Part shown: positions 24,762-38,972 of the stretch, one piece after another
Layout of the letters: every line of letters starts with the position of its first letter
How positions within the stretch are numbered: position 1 is the stretch's first letter
NCBI GenBank assembly: GCA_013115125.1
Contig: JABANN010000280.1
Span: 1-43,694, forward strand
DNA length: 43,694 nt
Reading direction: 5' to 3'
Origin: Perkinsus olseni
Taxonomy: Eukaryota
Notes under the pieces: model-generated
What the model was told of the DNA's origin: nothing
Databases searched by the model: none
What the model saw: the letters and a program-made list of their open reading frames with translations, nothing else
Program-made: the position numbers and the translations under genes

Positions 24762-26047
24762 ATGCCCGCGGTAACAGTGGCTTCTCTGAAGGGGATTTAT
24801 CCTCCCATTGCCACGCCATTCGCGGATGATGGCACTCTTGATGACAACAAAATGATATCCAACATCAAGTAGCCGCCGTTGTGGTTGTATTTTACCGGCC
24901 GTAGTGAGCATCAGGCGCTGGTCATCTGCTACTAGGCTGTCTGGTATAGTCTGCCAAGGAAGTAATGGCGAGTATGTATTATTGTCAACTTATGAGCGGG
25001 TGAAGGGGGGAGTGATAGCATCAAAGTTGATGATTCTGCTCAAGGTGCACCAGGTAAAGATCGTCCGCGAGCACATGCCTGCGCAGTGGCAGCTTATTGT
25101 TGGAACGGAGGCAGGTTCAACTGCTGCTACGATCGATATGACTAAGCGAGTGGCGGCGGTCGGGGCCGATGCGGTAGTGCTCACTAAACGGTTTCTAGTC
25201 GAGGATGGATGGGATTAAAAGGGATGAGTACTGTGTCATGCAGGCACTTGTTCTCACGCCGAGCTGTTATAAATCGCGGATGTCCGATGAGGCGATAACC
25301 TCCCACTACACTTCGATCGCCGATGCTAGCCCTATCCCTGTTATTCTGTAGCCCAACATTCGGCATATGGCTTGGGATCAATGAGAAATGGTAGATACAA
25401 CATGCCAGCTAACACCGGTGTCGACTTGTCTGTGGCAGCGATTTGTCACTTGGCGAGGCATAAAAACATCATAGGTTTGAAGGATTCTAGTGGCAACGTG
25501 GTCAAGATGGCAACAGTCCGTAGAAGTAGGTGCCATGATGTTTGCTGCTCGTTATTGATCCCATCTATCCAGAGACTGACAAGAACGAGTTCAGCCTATT
25601 AGCCGGTAGTGCAGGATTCCTCCTCCCTGCCCTGTCCATCGGTGCCGTCGGTGGAGTCTGTGCATTGGCCAACATAGCCCCGCAGCTTTGCTGTGATATT
25701 GTACTGTAATCGGCAGCCAATAAAAGAGAGGCAGCCGTTGTCCCCCTCAGCAAGAGGCCTTCGACACGGGGGACTTTCACACTGCTATGGTTCATCAGCA
25801 TCGTGCAGTTGAGATTAACACCGCTGTCACTTCGCAGTTTGGGGTGCCAGGATTGAAGGTACATTGTTGTGGATCCAGGCGGGCGAAGTAGTTGTTTTTT
25901 GCTAAGTACGCGATGGACATGCTCGGTCTGCATGGAGGACCCTGTCGCGCTCCTCTCGTTCGATTGACTGATGACGAGAAGCGAAAGTTGGATGCGATTC
26001 TGAGGGATAGTCAAGTACAACACACTGAGCGCATCCATGACCGTTGA
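24762..26047 (+). CDS. HOGA1: 4-hydroxy-2-oxoglutarate aldolase-like (DHDPS/NAL family)
   Basis: LKGIYPPIATPF, QGSNGE, PIPVIL|YNMPANTGVDL, Schiff-base motif IIGLKDSSG, LAGSAGFL, GAVGGVCALAN, FGVPGLK|YAMDMLGLHGGPCRAPL. Confidence 0.9.
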
Positions 26048-27733
26048 ATGTGTACCTTTTTGATCTCTCTCGGGTGCATTTGTGAGCATGTGCACTGCTC
26101 TCATTATCGTGTGTAGGTTTCAAGCTCATGGTGGAGTATCAAGTTCATTCGGCATACATTCGTTCAGGGCTGCCTCGTTCGGACATGAGTCTCCTTCTTT
26201 GCATCTCTCCTCTTCTATAAAATGTCGGTCACGGACTCTGCATTTGGCTCGAAGACCGCCCTCTCACCTTCAACAGGTGGATCTCGCGATCATTCATCGG
26301 TGATGGCTGCATTGTCTCTTGTAATTTCTCATCGTCATGCCGGGGCACTGATTCGGCACAGGCTACCCGCGTGGCACGAAATTCGATGCTCTGTCGAAGG
26401 GCATCGGCTTCCATCAGGGAAGCTGAGGCTCGACGACGTCAAGAGAGAACTGTAGTTAGTGATGTCCGCATCGAGGAGGTGGATACGCCTGCGGCGAAGG
26501 TGGGACAGAATGCCGAAGCGGTATCGGCGAGTTGTCCAGTGTATGATCTCGGATAGGAAGCACACGTTTTCACTCGGCCCTTTTTTGGTCCTAGTGGGAT
26601 AGGATCGGTCCCCGCGATGTTTCTTCCGGGATGGCTCTGATCAGAGAGTGGTCCAACTCTCCAACTCTGTGAACAATCACTGTCTGACCGTGCTGAGTCT
26701 ATGCTCGCGAGCGGTGACGGTAGCCGATTTAATTATTTTGTCGGCGCCCAAACTTGCTCACTGATACCACAGCGAAAGGTAGATACACCGGGTCATCAAA
26801 GAGGGCTTACGGAGGTCTGACTTCAAGCTGAAGTCTGCAACATCCAAGAGAGTAGACTGCATAAGTTGACAAGCTCGGGCAATCACCGATGTGCACGGAT
26901 ATCTCGCATGTAGGAGGTAAAGAATATGATCAGGCGACAGAACGCCTTAGCGGCAGCGGATGCGAAGAGGGCCGGCCTCAGGCGTAGCACAGAGGGAAGG
27001 GCTTGTCTTTTGTCCTGACTCTAATGCCAGGTGAACACCCTTCTGTGAGTAACGATGCAGCCCATTTCCTGAAGCGGATGGGAGGAATAAGGCTGGATAG
27101 TTCAGGTCTGAAGGTAGTGAGAACTGTCTATACATCTTCTGCTTCCGAATCTAAGCTGTCAATAGTTAGCTATGGACAATGATACGCGGCGACTGGTTGA
27201 GGGGCGGAATCGTGAACTGCGTGATAGGAGAGGGTGATACGGCATCTTCGCCACTTGTTAGAACTTGCAGAAGGCGACCTCTGATATTGTAGGGCTTCAT
27301 CACACTCGATCTCTCAAGAGCCTATGAGTTCGCGTGGGGACCCGTTGTGCGTGGCACGAAAGAAAGCCAGGCATTTGGTCCGGCTGCTTTATCATAGAGC
27401 TATCCGGAGAGTATGCGATTTAGCACTGGAGAGATACGCGGATGGTAGCCGGGGCCCCACCTTGGCCCCCATAGAGGGAGTAGAAGGTAGTTAAGTTAGT
27501 AAAGTCGATTTTGAGAATTGTACTGAAGCTGCGTTATCTCAGAAGATTCCGATTTTGGTAATTCAGCCAAATTTAGGGAGACACAGTTGAGATACACCTA
27601 CTCACGTATTCCCACATACCTCACAGATTCGGAAGCCTCGCTGAGGGTACTACTCCGGGCTTCCCGAATGCGCTAGGTCGGCGAACTTTAGACTTCTCAA
27701 AGATCAGAAGAGCTGAGCTTGCCTTCTATCGAT

Positions 27734-29980
27734 ATGGAAAAATCGACGGATGTTGGCCGCTTCTTCGATCTCAACTACCAACAGCTCATTGTAATGCACA
27801 AGGTACACTGAGGAGTAGCATACCTTTTATCAGAGCGAAAGAGTGTGGTGCGATGATCCTCCAGTGGAAGATGGTACTATACTTCCCCCCATACACATCC
27901 GTGCGACTCGTTCGGGTATGACGACACGAAGTACGAGGGATCAGGTTCTCCCAGTTAGTGCGGATTTATATGCGTAGGCTTGACGATGGGGTTTTTCGGC
28001 TCTACGCTAGTATCAATATAGTTACTATACGAATTTGTCTACAGAGGATGCGTCCTCTCCTGAGGTTTCCGAGGAAGCTCGTCATCTCTTCTCCAGCTGC
28101 TAGCTGAGAGGTTGACGATATCGTTGTGCCGCGCGTCTCCAGGGATCCGGCGTCTCGGGGCCTGAATATTCTTCGTTACATGCTGCCCATTCCCGTGCTA
28201 CTCAGCATGAGTTCCCATGATTCGCAAGCCGCGTGATTCTTAAGTTCAGTCTTTACTACATGGGGTGGGAAGTGAGCTAGGGGAGAAGCTACATGAGTGA
28301 TTGCGCGATTCGGAGTTCTTGAGGCATGTTCTTCATCAGTTTCTTGTCTCTCTTCATGTCCGGCCAGAAGCCTCTGCATTTCTTGCGACAGACCCCATGG
28401 TGGCGGGAGGTAGAGAAGTTTTTGGAATCGGGGAAGGACTCGAAAGCTCTTCCGAAGAAGGTCAACTCTGCAGAACGGGACGTGGTAATGAAGGGAGACG
28501 GGATCTTCCATAGGTGCAAGCCATGACATATCAGCAAGCAAGTGACGAATTTCTGACGTCAGATACGTCAAATATGTAAACACTTCGACTGCAGTTTCAA
28601 GGTGAAGGGCGTGGGCACACAGCGTCAGATGTACCTCATCAAGCCGGATTTTAGCTATTTTGATAGAGTTGAGGCAGATCAGGCCGCTGCGCAGGCTTTG
28701 GCGGTGCATAGCCGGGCGGCAGATGAGTCCACTCACGGAGACGGTATGCACATTGTCCCGCCAACTTCGTTACCCTCTCACAGGTAGTGAGAATTATAGA
28801 AAGGCTGTCGCAACCCTGAGCGCTTCTGTCAATCGGTTGAAGGACGTCCTGGTCGATCGGTCATTCCGCCTTGGCCAGACACAGGTAGTGCTTTGTCACT
28901 TTCCGATCTATTAGCTTCTGCTGCCTCACAGAGGTGTCATTCAGGTCACAATGGCTCGAGATGAGAGGAAGCTTGAGATCGCTACTCGGGAGGCAGATGT
29001 AAGTGGGGTCTCAGCTGCGCTTGAGGCAACCCTCAAGTGATAGATACTGCGAAAGCTGGTGGCTGCCTATGAGGGAATCGTTCACAAGGTGTCTGAGACA
29101 TTTGCGGGAGCAGTGAAAGAGATGGACATGGACCATGTCAATGCGCTACAGAAGGAAATGTGCTGGGGAATGCGATAATGGTACCGAGAGTTACTCGATG
29201 CGCGATCAGGTCTAGCCTTCGTGCTAGAGGCCGTGAAGCGACACAATACTCTCTCTGCGTGCGCTGTAGCCGAGCTGCCGCTACTACAGCGGTACTGCCA
29301 TGCGGTCATGTGTAGGCTCTGTGATGGGTGGATTTCGCGTTATGAGCTCCTTTCGCTAGGTTTTGTAGTGATTGCGCAAGTAGGATATATGAGGCTGGAA
29401 AGTGCGTTATCTGCCGACAGAAGACCGAAGGCGGTCGCGGGAAGACTATAGAGCCTTCGTCGAAGGTAATTCGCTGATTGTTGTTGCACGTGAGTGGATT
29501 TTACGAATTCGACTCAGGCTGATATCACTTTAGAGATTCTAGAACTCACCAAAGACCAGGCGGAGGGGCTGAATTATCCGGTGAAGGAGAGCTTGTCAAA
29601 GCGATCTCGGCACAGTAATGAGGATGCCTCTGGAGCTCTCGTTGGTCGATCGGAACATGCATTCAGAACCTCGTCGGGGGCACCGAAAGCGGAGCGTTTC
29701 GGAAGCTTCGTCCTCTTCCTCCGATTCGTCTGATTCGTCATCTTCATCGAGTGATTCGTCTTCATCAGACAGTGATGAGTCAGATAAGAGGAAACGTCCG
29801 AGGCTGGAGAAAGACTTGAAGTAAGCCCCTTCAAATCGGGCTGTACCTTATGTAGAGGTTCGAGGACTAGGAATCAATACTTCAGATCACTATCCCTCCT
29901 ACTTCAAAGGGATAGTTCTGATAGAGACGCGGGGGACACGAAGGCGAGAGACTCAAGAGAGAAAGAAAGCGAACGCTCAG
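27734..29980 (+). CDS. Helical protein with a C3HC4 RING and a Ser/Asp-rich plus basic tail (putative E3 ligase)
   Basis: Spliced RING LCVRCSRAAATTAVLPCGHV|FCSDCASRIYEAGKCVICRQ (29256-29414), upstream helical exons (ENYRKAVATLSASVNRLKDVL) and tail SSSSSDSSDSSSSSSDSSSSDSDESDKRKRPRLEK. Both ends uncertain. Confidence 0.65.
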
Positions 29981-30227
29981 GTGTGGGCATTGTGATAGTG
30001 CGCTGCTATTTGCCGATTGCTATGGGTGCTACCTCTCTATCTTCAGGCGATTCTCCCCGTCGTGTTGCTGCAGATATTTGATTGCTTTACGTCAGTTTTG
30101 AGTAGCATCGGGTTATCCTGGGACGGACTCCTTCAGCGGCCTAAAAGGGTCCGCTAAAAAACGGAGGCTTTCCCTGGGCTAGAGGTCGCACTTACGCCAA
30201 CAGTTAGCGGCTAACTTTTTCATATTA

Positions 30228-31327
30228 ATGCTCGCGCCGAAGTCCACTCTACGGCTAGTAGCCGGTGCGCGATGTAACGGGTCCCGGTGCTTCGCATCTT
30301 CGAGTAGGTCAGATGACATTGCTGCTCCTTCTCAATGGTTCTCGACAGATCGGGAGAGTGGCAAGCTGAAGAGGCTGGGGACCCTGCAGGAAGTAGCGGC
30401 GAGAGAGGACCTTCATGATAAGTTGGCAGCTAACCCGGCCTTGGAGGAGGCATTACGGTGCATCCAACGGGAGATGGATCAACTTGCATTACAACGAGAC
30501 ATAGTCGATGATTCGCCCCGTGGCGATACCCAGACAAGGCCGTCTGAAGGGTAATCAATGCGATCAGGGTGCTCATGGCGTATCTTCGCTACGTAGGAGT
30601 GTGTCATCAGAGGCAGCTGCGGAACAGGATCCGAGCAAATCTGGAGGCCGAACGGTAGAGACTGATGGGAAAATTCACGTGCCGCGGCCAACAATGTAGT
30701 TTGGACACTGATGGTAGGTTCGATAACGGTTCTCACCTCAGTTGGCAAATGCGCCAGACTTTCTTAACGGCGGCCATACCCTTCGTTGGGTTTGGTTTCC
30801 TAGACAACAGCATCATGTTAGTCGCTGGTGACTTTATAGATGCTAAGCTTGGTAAGGGAGTCTGCTCGTTCTCGCCGTTGTAAATCTCTGGTCATCACCG
30901 CTGCGGTTCAGGTGCCGCATTGGGTATCACTACTTTGGCGGCGGCAGCTTTGGGTAATGCGATGGGAGATGTATCAGGGATTTGGCTGGGCAGTACAGTA
31001 GAAGCACTCACACATGTAGGGTGTACATCTACCGTATTTTTTCTGCATGCATTCATACGCCAGAGGATGGGCCTTCCCGACCCGAATTTGACCAAGGCAC
31101 AACGTATGCTGCACTCTGTAGCTCTCACGAGGACAGCTGGAAATGTTGTCGGGGTTCTTGTCGGTTGTTTTCTCGGTGAGTTGAGTGCCCAAAAACAACA
31201 ATTTTATTCAGTAGACGGTGCTACGGCAGGCATGTTCCCGCTAATGTGGCCGAAGGATTACCGCCTGTGGCACTCGTCTGGGCGTAGTAATCCGTCTCCA
31301 GCCAAGGGAGAGGAAGAAGGATCGTAA
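30228..31327 (+). CDS. TMEM65: Transmembrane protein 65 homolog (mitochondrial inner membrane)
   Basis: AIPFVGFGFLDNSIMLVAGDFID, LGITTLAAAALGNAMGDVSG, MGLPDPNLT, GVLVGCFLG|MFPL, with a presequence-like N-terminus MLAPKSTLRLVAGARCNGSRCFASS. Confidence 0.92.
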
Positions 31328-31597
31328 TTCCGCTTCTGATGGATTGATGATTGCTCTGCATTTTTATACCTGTATGAGAGTGGCGTGCTTGCTGTATTGT
31401 GTCCAAGTATCAGATCGCCATAGCGATTGGGGAGGAGCGATTGTCGCATTCACCCCCGGAAAGGGAACATCTCCGAGTTCTCGTTCAAGGGATTTTCTCG
31501 TACAGGCTGAGATTCCCAACCGACTCTTCGGTGTGCATCGTTTCGTGGCGTTGGCTGGTGCTTTCGGGACATATTCTCAGGGCTATGGATTGTTGTA

Positions 31598-33460
31598 ATG
31601 GACTCCTCGAATATTCTAAACTCTTTCCAGCCATCACCCTCTGCTGCTCCCTTAGACCAGGTCCTGGACAATGCCATATCGAGCATATTGTCCTCTTCGT
31701 CATCTACGACAGAAAATGATGCATCACCTTCCTCGTGGTCGACGTTCCTTGCGATGGCGGGTAGCACATTTTCGGCTAGTAACTACCCATTGGTGTGATC
31801 GCTTCATGCCTCAGTTATGCAAGACCCCCCGACAATTTCTCCGACCCCGCCGCCCCCGGCGAGGCTGCTCTCACCGAATACAGCGACAGCTACTACCAAT
31901 AAATCTGGGATTGCAGGAGGCAGCGAGAGACGGCACTGGCTCAAGGAAGAAGATGACCTGATCAGGTGAATTCTCAATTACTACTCGAGAGATGCTCTCC
32001 ATGCTTTCGATCAGGCAAACGGTGACTTCGAATGGCACCAAGAATTGGACTCTGATCGCCGATGCTCTCACTAGACTCAACGGCAATACAGTGACTAGGA
32101 CCGCAAAGCAGTGCAGGGAACGTTGGCACAATCATCTCGATCCGAAGGTCGGTAGTGCAGCTCGTTTCTCCTTCCCCGATCCCACAAAATGCTGTCCAAA
32201 ACCAGGTTAACAAAAGACCGTGGACAGAGGAAGAGCATCGCATCATCTTTGAGGCTCATGGTCGCTTCGGAAACCGTTGGGCGGAGATAGCCAAGCTACT
32301 ACCAGGGCGGACAGATAATGCAATAAAGAACCTATGGTAGGTTATCAATGATCATGATGTGGTTATCAATTGATGAGCAGTCATTAGTATAGGCATTGGC
32401 GCTTTCCGTAGTTCCGCTGCTCGACCTCTCGCTTTAGGTACTCTACGATAAGACGGAATAAGAGGAAATCTCAAGGGTGCCAAGGGAGAACGTTTACTTC
32501 GCCGACTGATCACTCAGAGACATCCAGGACTCAGGCGAGCGAGGAGCGAACGCCATCAGGTGATCATCCGTCGATGAGGTTTAACGTCGGCTGACAGTAA
32601 CGCTGTCGACGGCCTTCCGGAACAGGTATACCCCGTGGTTCAGTACAGGCATCTTCAATTGACCGGCCAACCACAGACAGGCACATTAACCCTGCGGATA
32701 TCGGGCATGCAAGCATGGCACAAACACGAAGCCAACGAGAACATCAGCCGCAGGGTGTTCGTCAACCACAGGGAGATGGAGAGTCGATAGATGTCGCTGG
32801 GTGCGAGGTTCACGTGTATTGTCTCGTTGGTTCTCACGGTTTTCTTCTGCACAGCGATCTGAGACGGAGCATTCGAAGTGATCTCCCGGCCATGGCCTAC
32901 ACGGACGGTGGCGGTTTTTGGCCCATCCTTCAGCCTGTTGATGATATTAGGGTGGGCAAGAAGAGACGAGTGGTAAGGGATACCACCGAGGATCTCCCCG
33001 AACGTACGTGCCTCGTTTATGTTCCCCATGATCCTTGTCGCTACTCAGTATTGGTGACCCCACCAATCGAGTTCATGCCATCTTTAGCAGTTCATGAGGA
33101 AGGAGGTGACGCTGTTCAGCTTGTACCTGGGGAAGTACCGCGTAGCCTGATCCCTCAGGGGTGCTAGTGCATCTCACGATCGCTCAGGCTCCTGATGGCC
33201 TTTGCAGGATCGAAACTGGGATCGCGACGCCTGTCAGTGGGGAGCCATGGTGTACGCTGGATGCAGGTGATTGCTCATTTCTCCATTACTGTGTATCAGG
33301 CCTGGATACCGGCATGGAAGCCAGTCCTGGGCAAAGCACGACATGCTCAGCATCGGCGGATGGTTTCGCCCTCTTGGACCTCCCTCCTCTCGATTCGGTG
33401 GAATCGGCCACTGAGCAGTTCGCAGTTGATGATGAACCTATTCTCGCCATCGAAGAGTGA
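31598..33460 (+). CDS. Myb transcription factor with two c-Myb-like repeats
   Basis: [15 protein letters not shown]...NWTLIA...[68 protein letters not shown]-terminal exon structure approximate. Confidence 0.93.
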
Positions 33461-34229
33461 GACTCAGCTGTATTGCGAGATCATCGTTCACTTTCCCATC
33501 CAGCTCGGCACACACTGATTTCAGCAGCGGCTTGCCTAGCCTTCCGTTAGAAATAAGACCAGAGTAGGTCTCCCAGTCGATGGTGTAGCAGGCGAGTGTT
33601 CCGGTCTTCAGAAGAAAGCAACACCGCGTTTCACTTACCGAGGGCTGCCAAATGGTAATGTAAAAGTTGTTACCCCCGTTCGGGGCAACACGGCATTATT
33701 TACCTACATAATATGTAGGTAGAATTAAACCTGTCTCCTTCCATATCGGACATTGACTCTGACAAGGAGACTCGCAATGATGTGAGACGGTAGATCCTAT
33801 CTTCCGTATCCGACAGCATCCTCTCTCTTCGGCCGGTCACCTCAGTTACCGCCGGCTGCCGGCGATGAGCGCTGCCGAGCACCGGAGGAACGATTCTGAT
33901 ATTTCTCCGGATACCTCGTCACATCTGGTGAGTCCCCAGTCAATAGTCCTGACATCGAGTGCTTTCAGGAACCCCGAAGTACATGTCAGCCCTGCCGCAA
34001 TGAGATGGGTCAGCTTGACTAATGGCTGTAGATGGTTATATTCTGGAGGGGACCAATTTATATCATCCTTGAATGACCGCCCGCATGCTCTGCTATAGCC
34101 ACTGCCTCCAATGACACATTTTGAATGATTACTGCCATGTGAGTGTGTTTAGTTCACTGAGGCCTTACTCGTTCCAAGTCGATCTTTCGAGGGTATCTCA
34201 TGCACAGATTTGCAGCTTGCCCTTTCTTA

Positions 34230-35980
34230 ATGTCGGACGAGAACTGGAATGAGCTATTCGGCGAAGATCTTGATGATCTACCCATAGCACAAACCCAGGT
34301 ATCGAAGGCTCCACAGGAGGGCAAAGAGTCGAGACTGAAGAAGGGTGTTCCCGACGATGAGTCGGATATGTCCACTGGAGCCCGACCGGCAGGACAGGCT
34401 GAGGGTATTTGGGTGTACTCACGATCACTTCACATGGCGGCGTCGTCTGTAGGTTCACCGCCTGGTGCTATCTCGGAGAGCAGTAGTTCGTCATCGTCTG
34501 AGGAGTCTGAAGGTGAGGATGGCGAGATGGGTCACAGTCTCGAGAAGAAGCCGCGGGAAAGCAAGCTCTTGCAACCAGTGAGGCTGGGCTATCCAGATAT
34601 GGGCCAGCGGTGTAAATGTTAGGCTCTCGATCGTCTCAAGAAGAGGCGGAAGAGGAAGGAGATGGACTCGGGAGAAAAGTAATGCATGTGAGAGGTGGTG
34701 TTCCTCAATGATGATGAAGTCCTTTCAGGTTCGAGAGGATGGAGGCTCTGGTCAATAGTATGTATGATGCGTCGGCTGCTGACCGGGATGCCTTAACTAA
34801 TGGTATTTATGGGCAACCTGTACAGGTTACAATTCCACTCGCTGCTCTCCGCTCAGGTCAACCTGCGCTGGCGAAGTTGCAGATGATTGAGAAAGTCCGC
34901 GGAGTTCTCGTGAAGCAGGTTAGCGGGGCTACTGTCAACGTGTATATCGAGCGGGTCACAGGCATCGAGTGTAATTCTGGTAGGCCTGGCAGGAGCCTTT
35001 TATTGAGGCAGGAGGACTTTCCGCGATGGCCGACTGGCTTGCTCTCGTGGGTAGGTCGCACGAGTACGCTGCGATCCTTGAGACATCATATCTCAGGTGC
35101 GAAAGCGGCGCTTCCGAATTACAACGTGCGCAGAACACTTCTAGATGTAAGCCCAACCTTGGAATCTTCTTGGTTTCAGACATGCCATCTTAATCTCTCG
35201 TGCAGTTGCTGAACAATCAGCTCCTCCCCCATATCACGCTTGATGTCCTGAAAACGAGTAGAGTTGGATGGGCTGTGAAGGATATGTACTATCATAAGGA
35301 CGAGATTACTGAGAATACTGTGAGGGATTGGCGTATACGACGACACACTTCAGTCGTAGTGCAGGTGGTCGAGGAGCAACTTATCCAGCATTGGCTCAAA
35401 CTGATTCAGAACCAAGGAAATGAGAACCGTGGAAACATATCAAGGTGAAATGTAGGGTACGCATATGGAAGTATGATGTCACTATTATTAGATACATCAA
35501 GGCAACTGCAGAGGATATGCGACAAGCTTCAAGGGCCATCCAGAAACAGAAAGTAATGTTGATTCCACGGACCGTAGGGAAAAATCGCTTGCTATTAGGG
35601 ACCGAGACTAACAGCGGAGCAACAGCAGAAGGTGCAGAGTAGGAGGCATGCCATGATCCCTAATCGCGGTATTGCCCTGGATGGTGAGATTGCCCTTTGC
35701 CTTCCCAACCACGTAGCTTTGGTCTTTCAGCTACGCAGCCTCTATCGGGAGCAGGGACGTATAGGATTCAGCCGGTATCAAATGTGGAAGCTGCTCACAA
35801 GGAGCGGCTAGACCCAGGGACTGTCAAGGGTGAGCTCGCGATCGCCGCATATCTGTCGACGTTTGGGGATTCTGCATCCGCTCAGGACGACTGAAGCGTC
35901 ATCTGATGACGGCTGGTGGAAAGAGCAAGAAACGTAGTAGCAAGGCAGTTAAAGTCAGCATCACAGGCAAAGAAGCTTAG
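34230..35980 (+). CDS. IWS1: Transcription elongation factor IWS1/Spn1 (TFIIS N-terminal-like domain)
   Basis: Acidic N-terminus; MYDASAADRDA, QPALAKLQMI, FIEAGGLSAMADWL, LPNYNVRRTLLD, LKTSRVGWAV...HKDE...LIQHW; C-terminal AVKVSITGK. Confidence 0.88.
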
Positions 35981-36076
35981 CCGTTTCATCGTTGTTTGGC
36001 ACTCAATGGCTTCTTGCGTTGAATCAGCGGGACTCCCCGTCGCCGCTAGGGCATTCTATCGTAGTTTTCTGTCCTC

Positions 36077-37437
36077 ATGGCTGCAGTCCATTCTACCGAA
36101 CTTGCAGCTGACGTGCCGTCGGTGGTGAGATATCTGCAGTGTCGCTGCATGCTTTTATTAATTGGAGTTGTTCAGGATATGCTTGATGTGACCCAGTCCC
36201 CTGCTGCCAAGAGTGCTCAGAATTCTGCTTTTTACTGGGTCATGAAACTGCGCGAAGAGCATCAAGAATCAATGGCAGAACCACCCGCTAAACATGCTGG
36301 TATCTTGCCTGACGCTTTCGTTGGGAAGTGAGCATTTACCGTTGGTGGACGTTTCGTTGCGTCCTAATCATTTTCAGAGCTTCGGGGCAATCAACCTCCG
36401 CGCCGTCACCAAGCACGACAACTGTGCCTTCCACACTCAGGGATGTTAGTAACCTCGAGAAGACGTCAAAAACGGTGGATGCTGAGTAATTCACTTGGTC
36501 ACCAGCCGATTGCAGTCGGATACGGACCTCGTGGTTTTGTATATCTGAACTTAGATTATCTCTCGGCGCGATGTCTGTTGAGAGTGAGAGTGTGGATGTT
36601 CGGCATTCTACCGTCCCCAATCCCGGGTTCGAGGATCCAGAACACATCGTTGAAGAGGATACTTCTGATAGCAGCATATCTGTTTCTACACCATCCCTGC
36701 GTCGCCCCAAACCTAGCTATGCTAGTCAAGAATGGGTGATGCTTGAGAGTAAATTCCTTCGGTATGAGCCTTCCCAGGCCGCTTATAGCGCCCGACTGCA
36801 CTATGAACGTGATCGGTCCCGTAATCGATGGGTACACCCAGAGTGGGAAGAGCGCAGTTTGCTGAGGCAGAAGTTGCTCCTCAAGACCCGGAGACTTAAG
36901 GGAGGGAAGGTGCTTGAGAGAGTCAGGTGAAAGTCAGGTATGGCTCGCGATGCCCAGGTAAACCCTACGAGTGTTTTGGATGAGTTCACCGACCCACCTT
37001 TTCCGGATCAAGCGAAAAGCCGGAGGATGTTCCCCGCACTATTCGCGAGGTGCTGAGTGTCCCTGATTCAAGGGCCTTGAAGGGCCGTTCTTCCTATGTC
37101 TCTGCTCCCGACTGCAAGCAGCTGAATTCATGCTCTACTGCTCCATGTTTAGGCATGCCTTCACTGAAGAAGAAGCGTCAGAGTATGCGCTGGCTATTGG
37201 CAAGGCTCGACTTGTCACGTAGAGACACGTGTCGCCTTTTGGGCTTTCAGTTTATCGTGGCTTGCCAGATACCACTCTAGGTGGGGCGAGTACGATATCA
37301 AGTTCGTGTCGCAGCTTATCGATATAGCTATCTACAACAAAGTGATCCCCTCGGAACAAAGAGTTCAACACCTGGCTAAGAAGGTGGTGGCTCAACCAAA
37401 AATCAATACTACTCGAACTTTGTGCTCAGTTCGGTGA
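36077..37437 (+). CDS. Hypothetical multi-exon protein (possibly two genes)
   Basis: Plus-strand exon-like ORFs 36077-36290, 36380-36485, 36571-36910 and 37280-37437 with GT-AG boundaries. No domain recognised. Confidence 0.45.
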
Positions 37438-37846
37438 GTCTTCCATGGGAAGTTCCACCACCACCTCGACGTGATCATTTACATTTGCGAAGGTTTTGTC
37501 ATGCATTGGGTCATTCTCATCTCTTTCGAACGGTACTGCTACATGGATTGGCTGATCTTCCTAATTCACCAGTTTACGACAGAACCTAGTGACAGTATGC
37601 TATTTCTGCTCGATACATACTTGCTCATTTTTTGCATCTCGCCCGGTCGATACCCGCGTCGTGTTATCTAAATTAGTTTCACGGTGGATCGGAATGCCAT
37701 GATGCTGTAGAGCGAAGAAGTGACCCTGGTGTTTCCGAAGAGTCGAGCTTATCGCGATGAATTGGGGCTGAACTATCGAAGCGGAGCCCCACTGGGGGGG
37801 TAATTCTGGTTGTTTTAGAAATTAGATCACGTCATTCTCGGCTGCT

Positions 37847-38972
37847 ATGTCAACACCGTCCGTTCTGAAGAATTCTCAACATCGCGTGCGGCTTGCAGCA
37901 ATGAAGCTCCTCGCGCAACTCCGGAAATGTCATCATGAACCTCCTGACGAGACTTTCTATGACAGACTCCTGCGAGATGGTGGTGCTGGGCGAGTTTATT
38001 GTCGGAGTATCGTTACCATGCTTACCATGGTAGGTAAGCCTGCGGATCTCTTGCGAATATACCATTTCCTCTTCCTCACGATGTCACCACAAATAACACT
38101 ACACATCCACCGGAAATATGAAGAATTCGGGGCATATAAGTCCGATCTCCAGTTCATGCAGGTGGGTGATTCGATTCCGAAGCATTTCGATAGGGCTTGA
38201 ATGTGGTTCTAGATCATTTACAAGTTCATGCGGGAAGTTCTCGGTACCAATCCATGCGTTACACTGCAGCAGCTATTTTCCAATGGGTTTCTATTGAAAA
38301 AGTTGGAGATGACTGCCCAAGTGGCTGAGGGGCTTCTCAAGCTGGACAAGCAACTAGGAGGGAATTTGCAGCAGTCAATCATGCGGTGGGTTCAGGGAAT
38401 GGGAAGTTCGTTCTCTTGCGCAAGGAATTCCTCTGTGATGAGCCGTGGGCAGGGATCACCCTCTCGTCGATATGATCAGGCCATCCAAGGGAGTCAACGA
38501 GAATGTCGCGAGCCAGGAAGAGGAGTGTCTTGGAACGGATTGTATCGGAGATCCGCTTCCCATCGAGGACGCAAGAAGTCCACCTGTTCCTAGCGGCTTG
38601 CCTGTTGACGCAGACTGCTTAGTCAAGTCTGTGGAGCGACTGCTTGTCGCCGTCAACTCTGTTGACCACAAGTTGGACACTCTCGCGGAGCAGGTCGAGT
38701 CACGTGTAGGCCAGCTTGACGCGAGGCTGAGTGCACTCGAGTTGAGACTCGACAGTACACCCATGAAGGACATGGCGGTAGTCAGCGATACTGGGAAAGA
38801 ATCTAAAGAAACAACAATGGACGAAGTTGATTCGCCAAAGGAAGTGCTGTCTGATTACGATGCTGTGGATGAGATCATTGGAAGGCTCGATAAACACTAT
38901 GAAGCCACTCAGCAGATGCTGGAAAAGAGCCGTGCGCTGCAAATGTGCAGTAACGTACCCTCGCCTTCCTGA
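37847..38972 (+). CDS. Hypothetical coiled-coil protein
   Basis: Exons in ORFs 37847-38160, 38213-38390 and 38455-38972; heptad stretch VDHKLDTLAEQVESRVGQLDARLSALELRLD. Confidence 0.6.

Noticed and set aside
26560-26760. Possible snRNA/snoRNA (U2-like CTCGGCCCTTTTTTGG, Sm-like AATTATTTTG)
   Set aside because: No U2 branch-pairing GTGTAGTA and no convincing C/D or H/ACA box pair; a covariance-model search would be needed.
29708-29780. GATTCGTC/TCTTCATC short repeats
   Set aside because: They encode the Ser/Asp low-complexity tail of the RING protein; not an independent repeat element.
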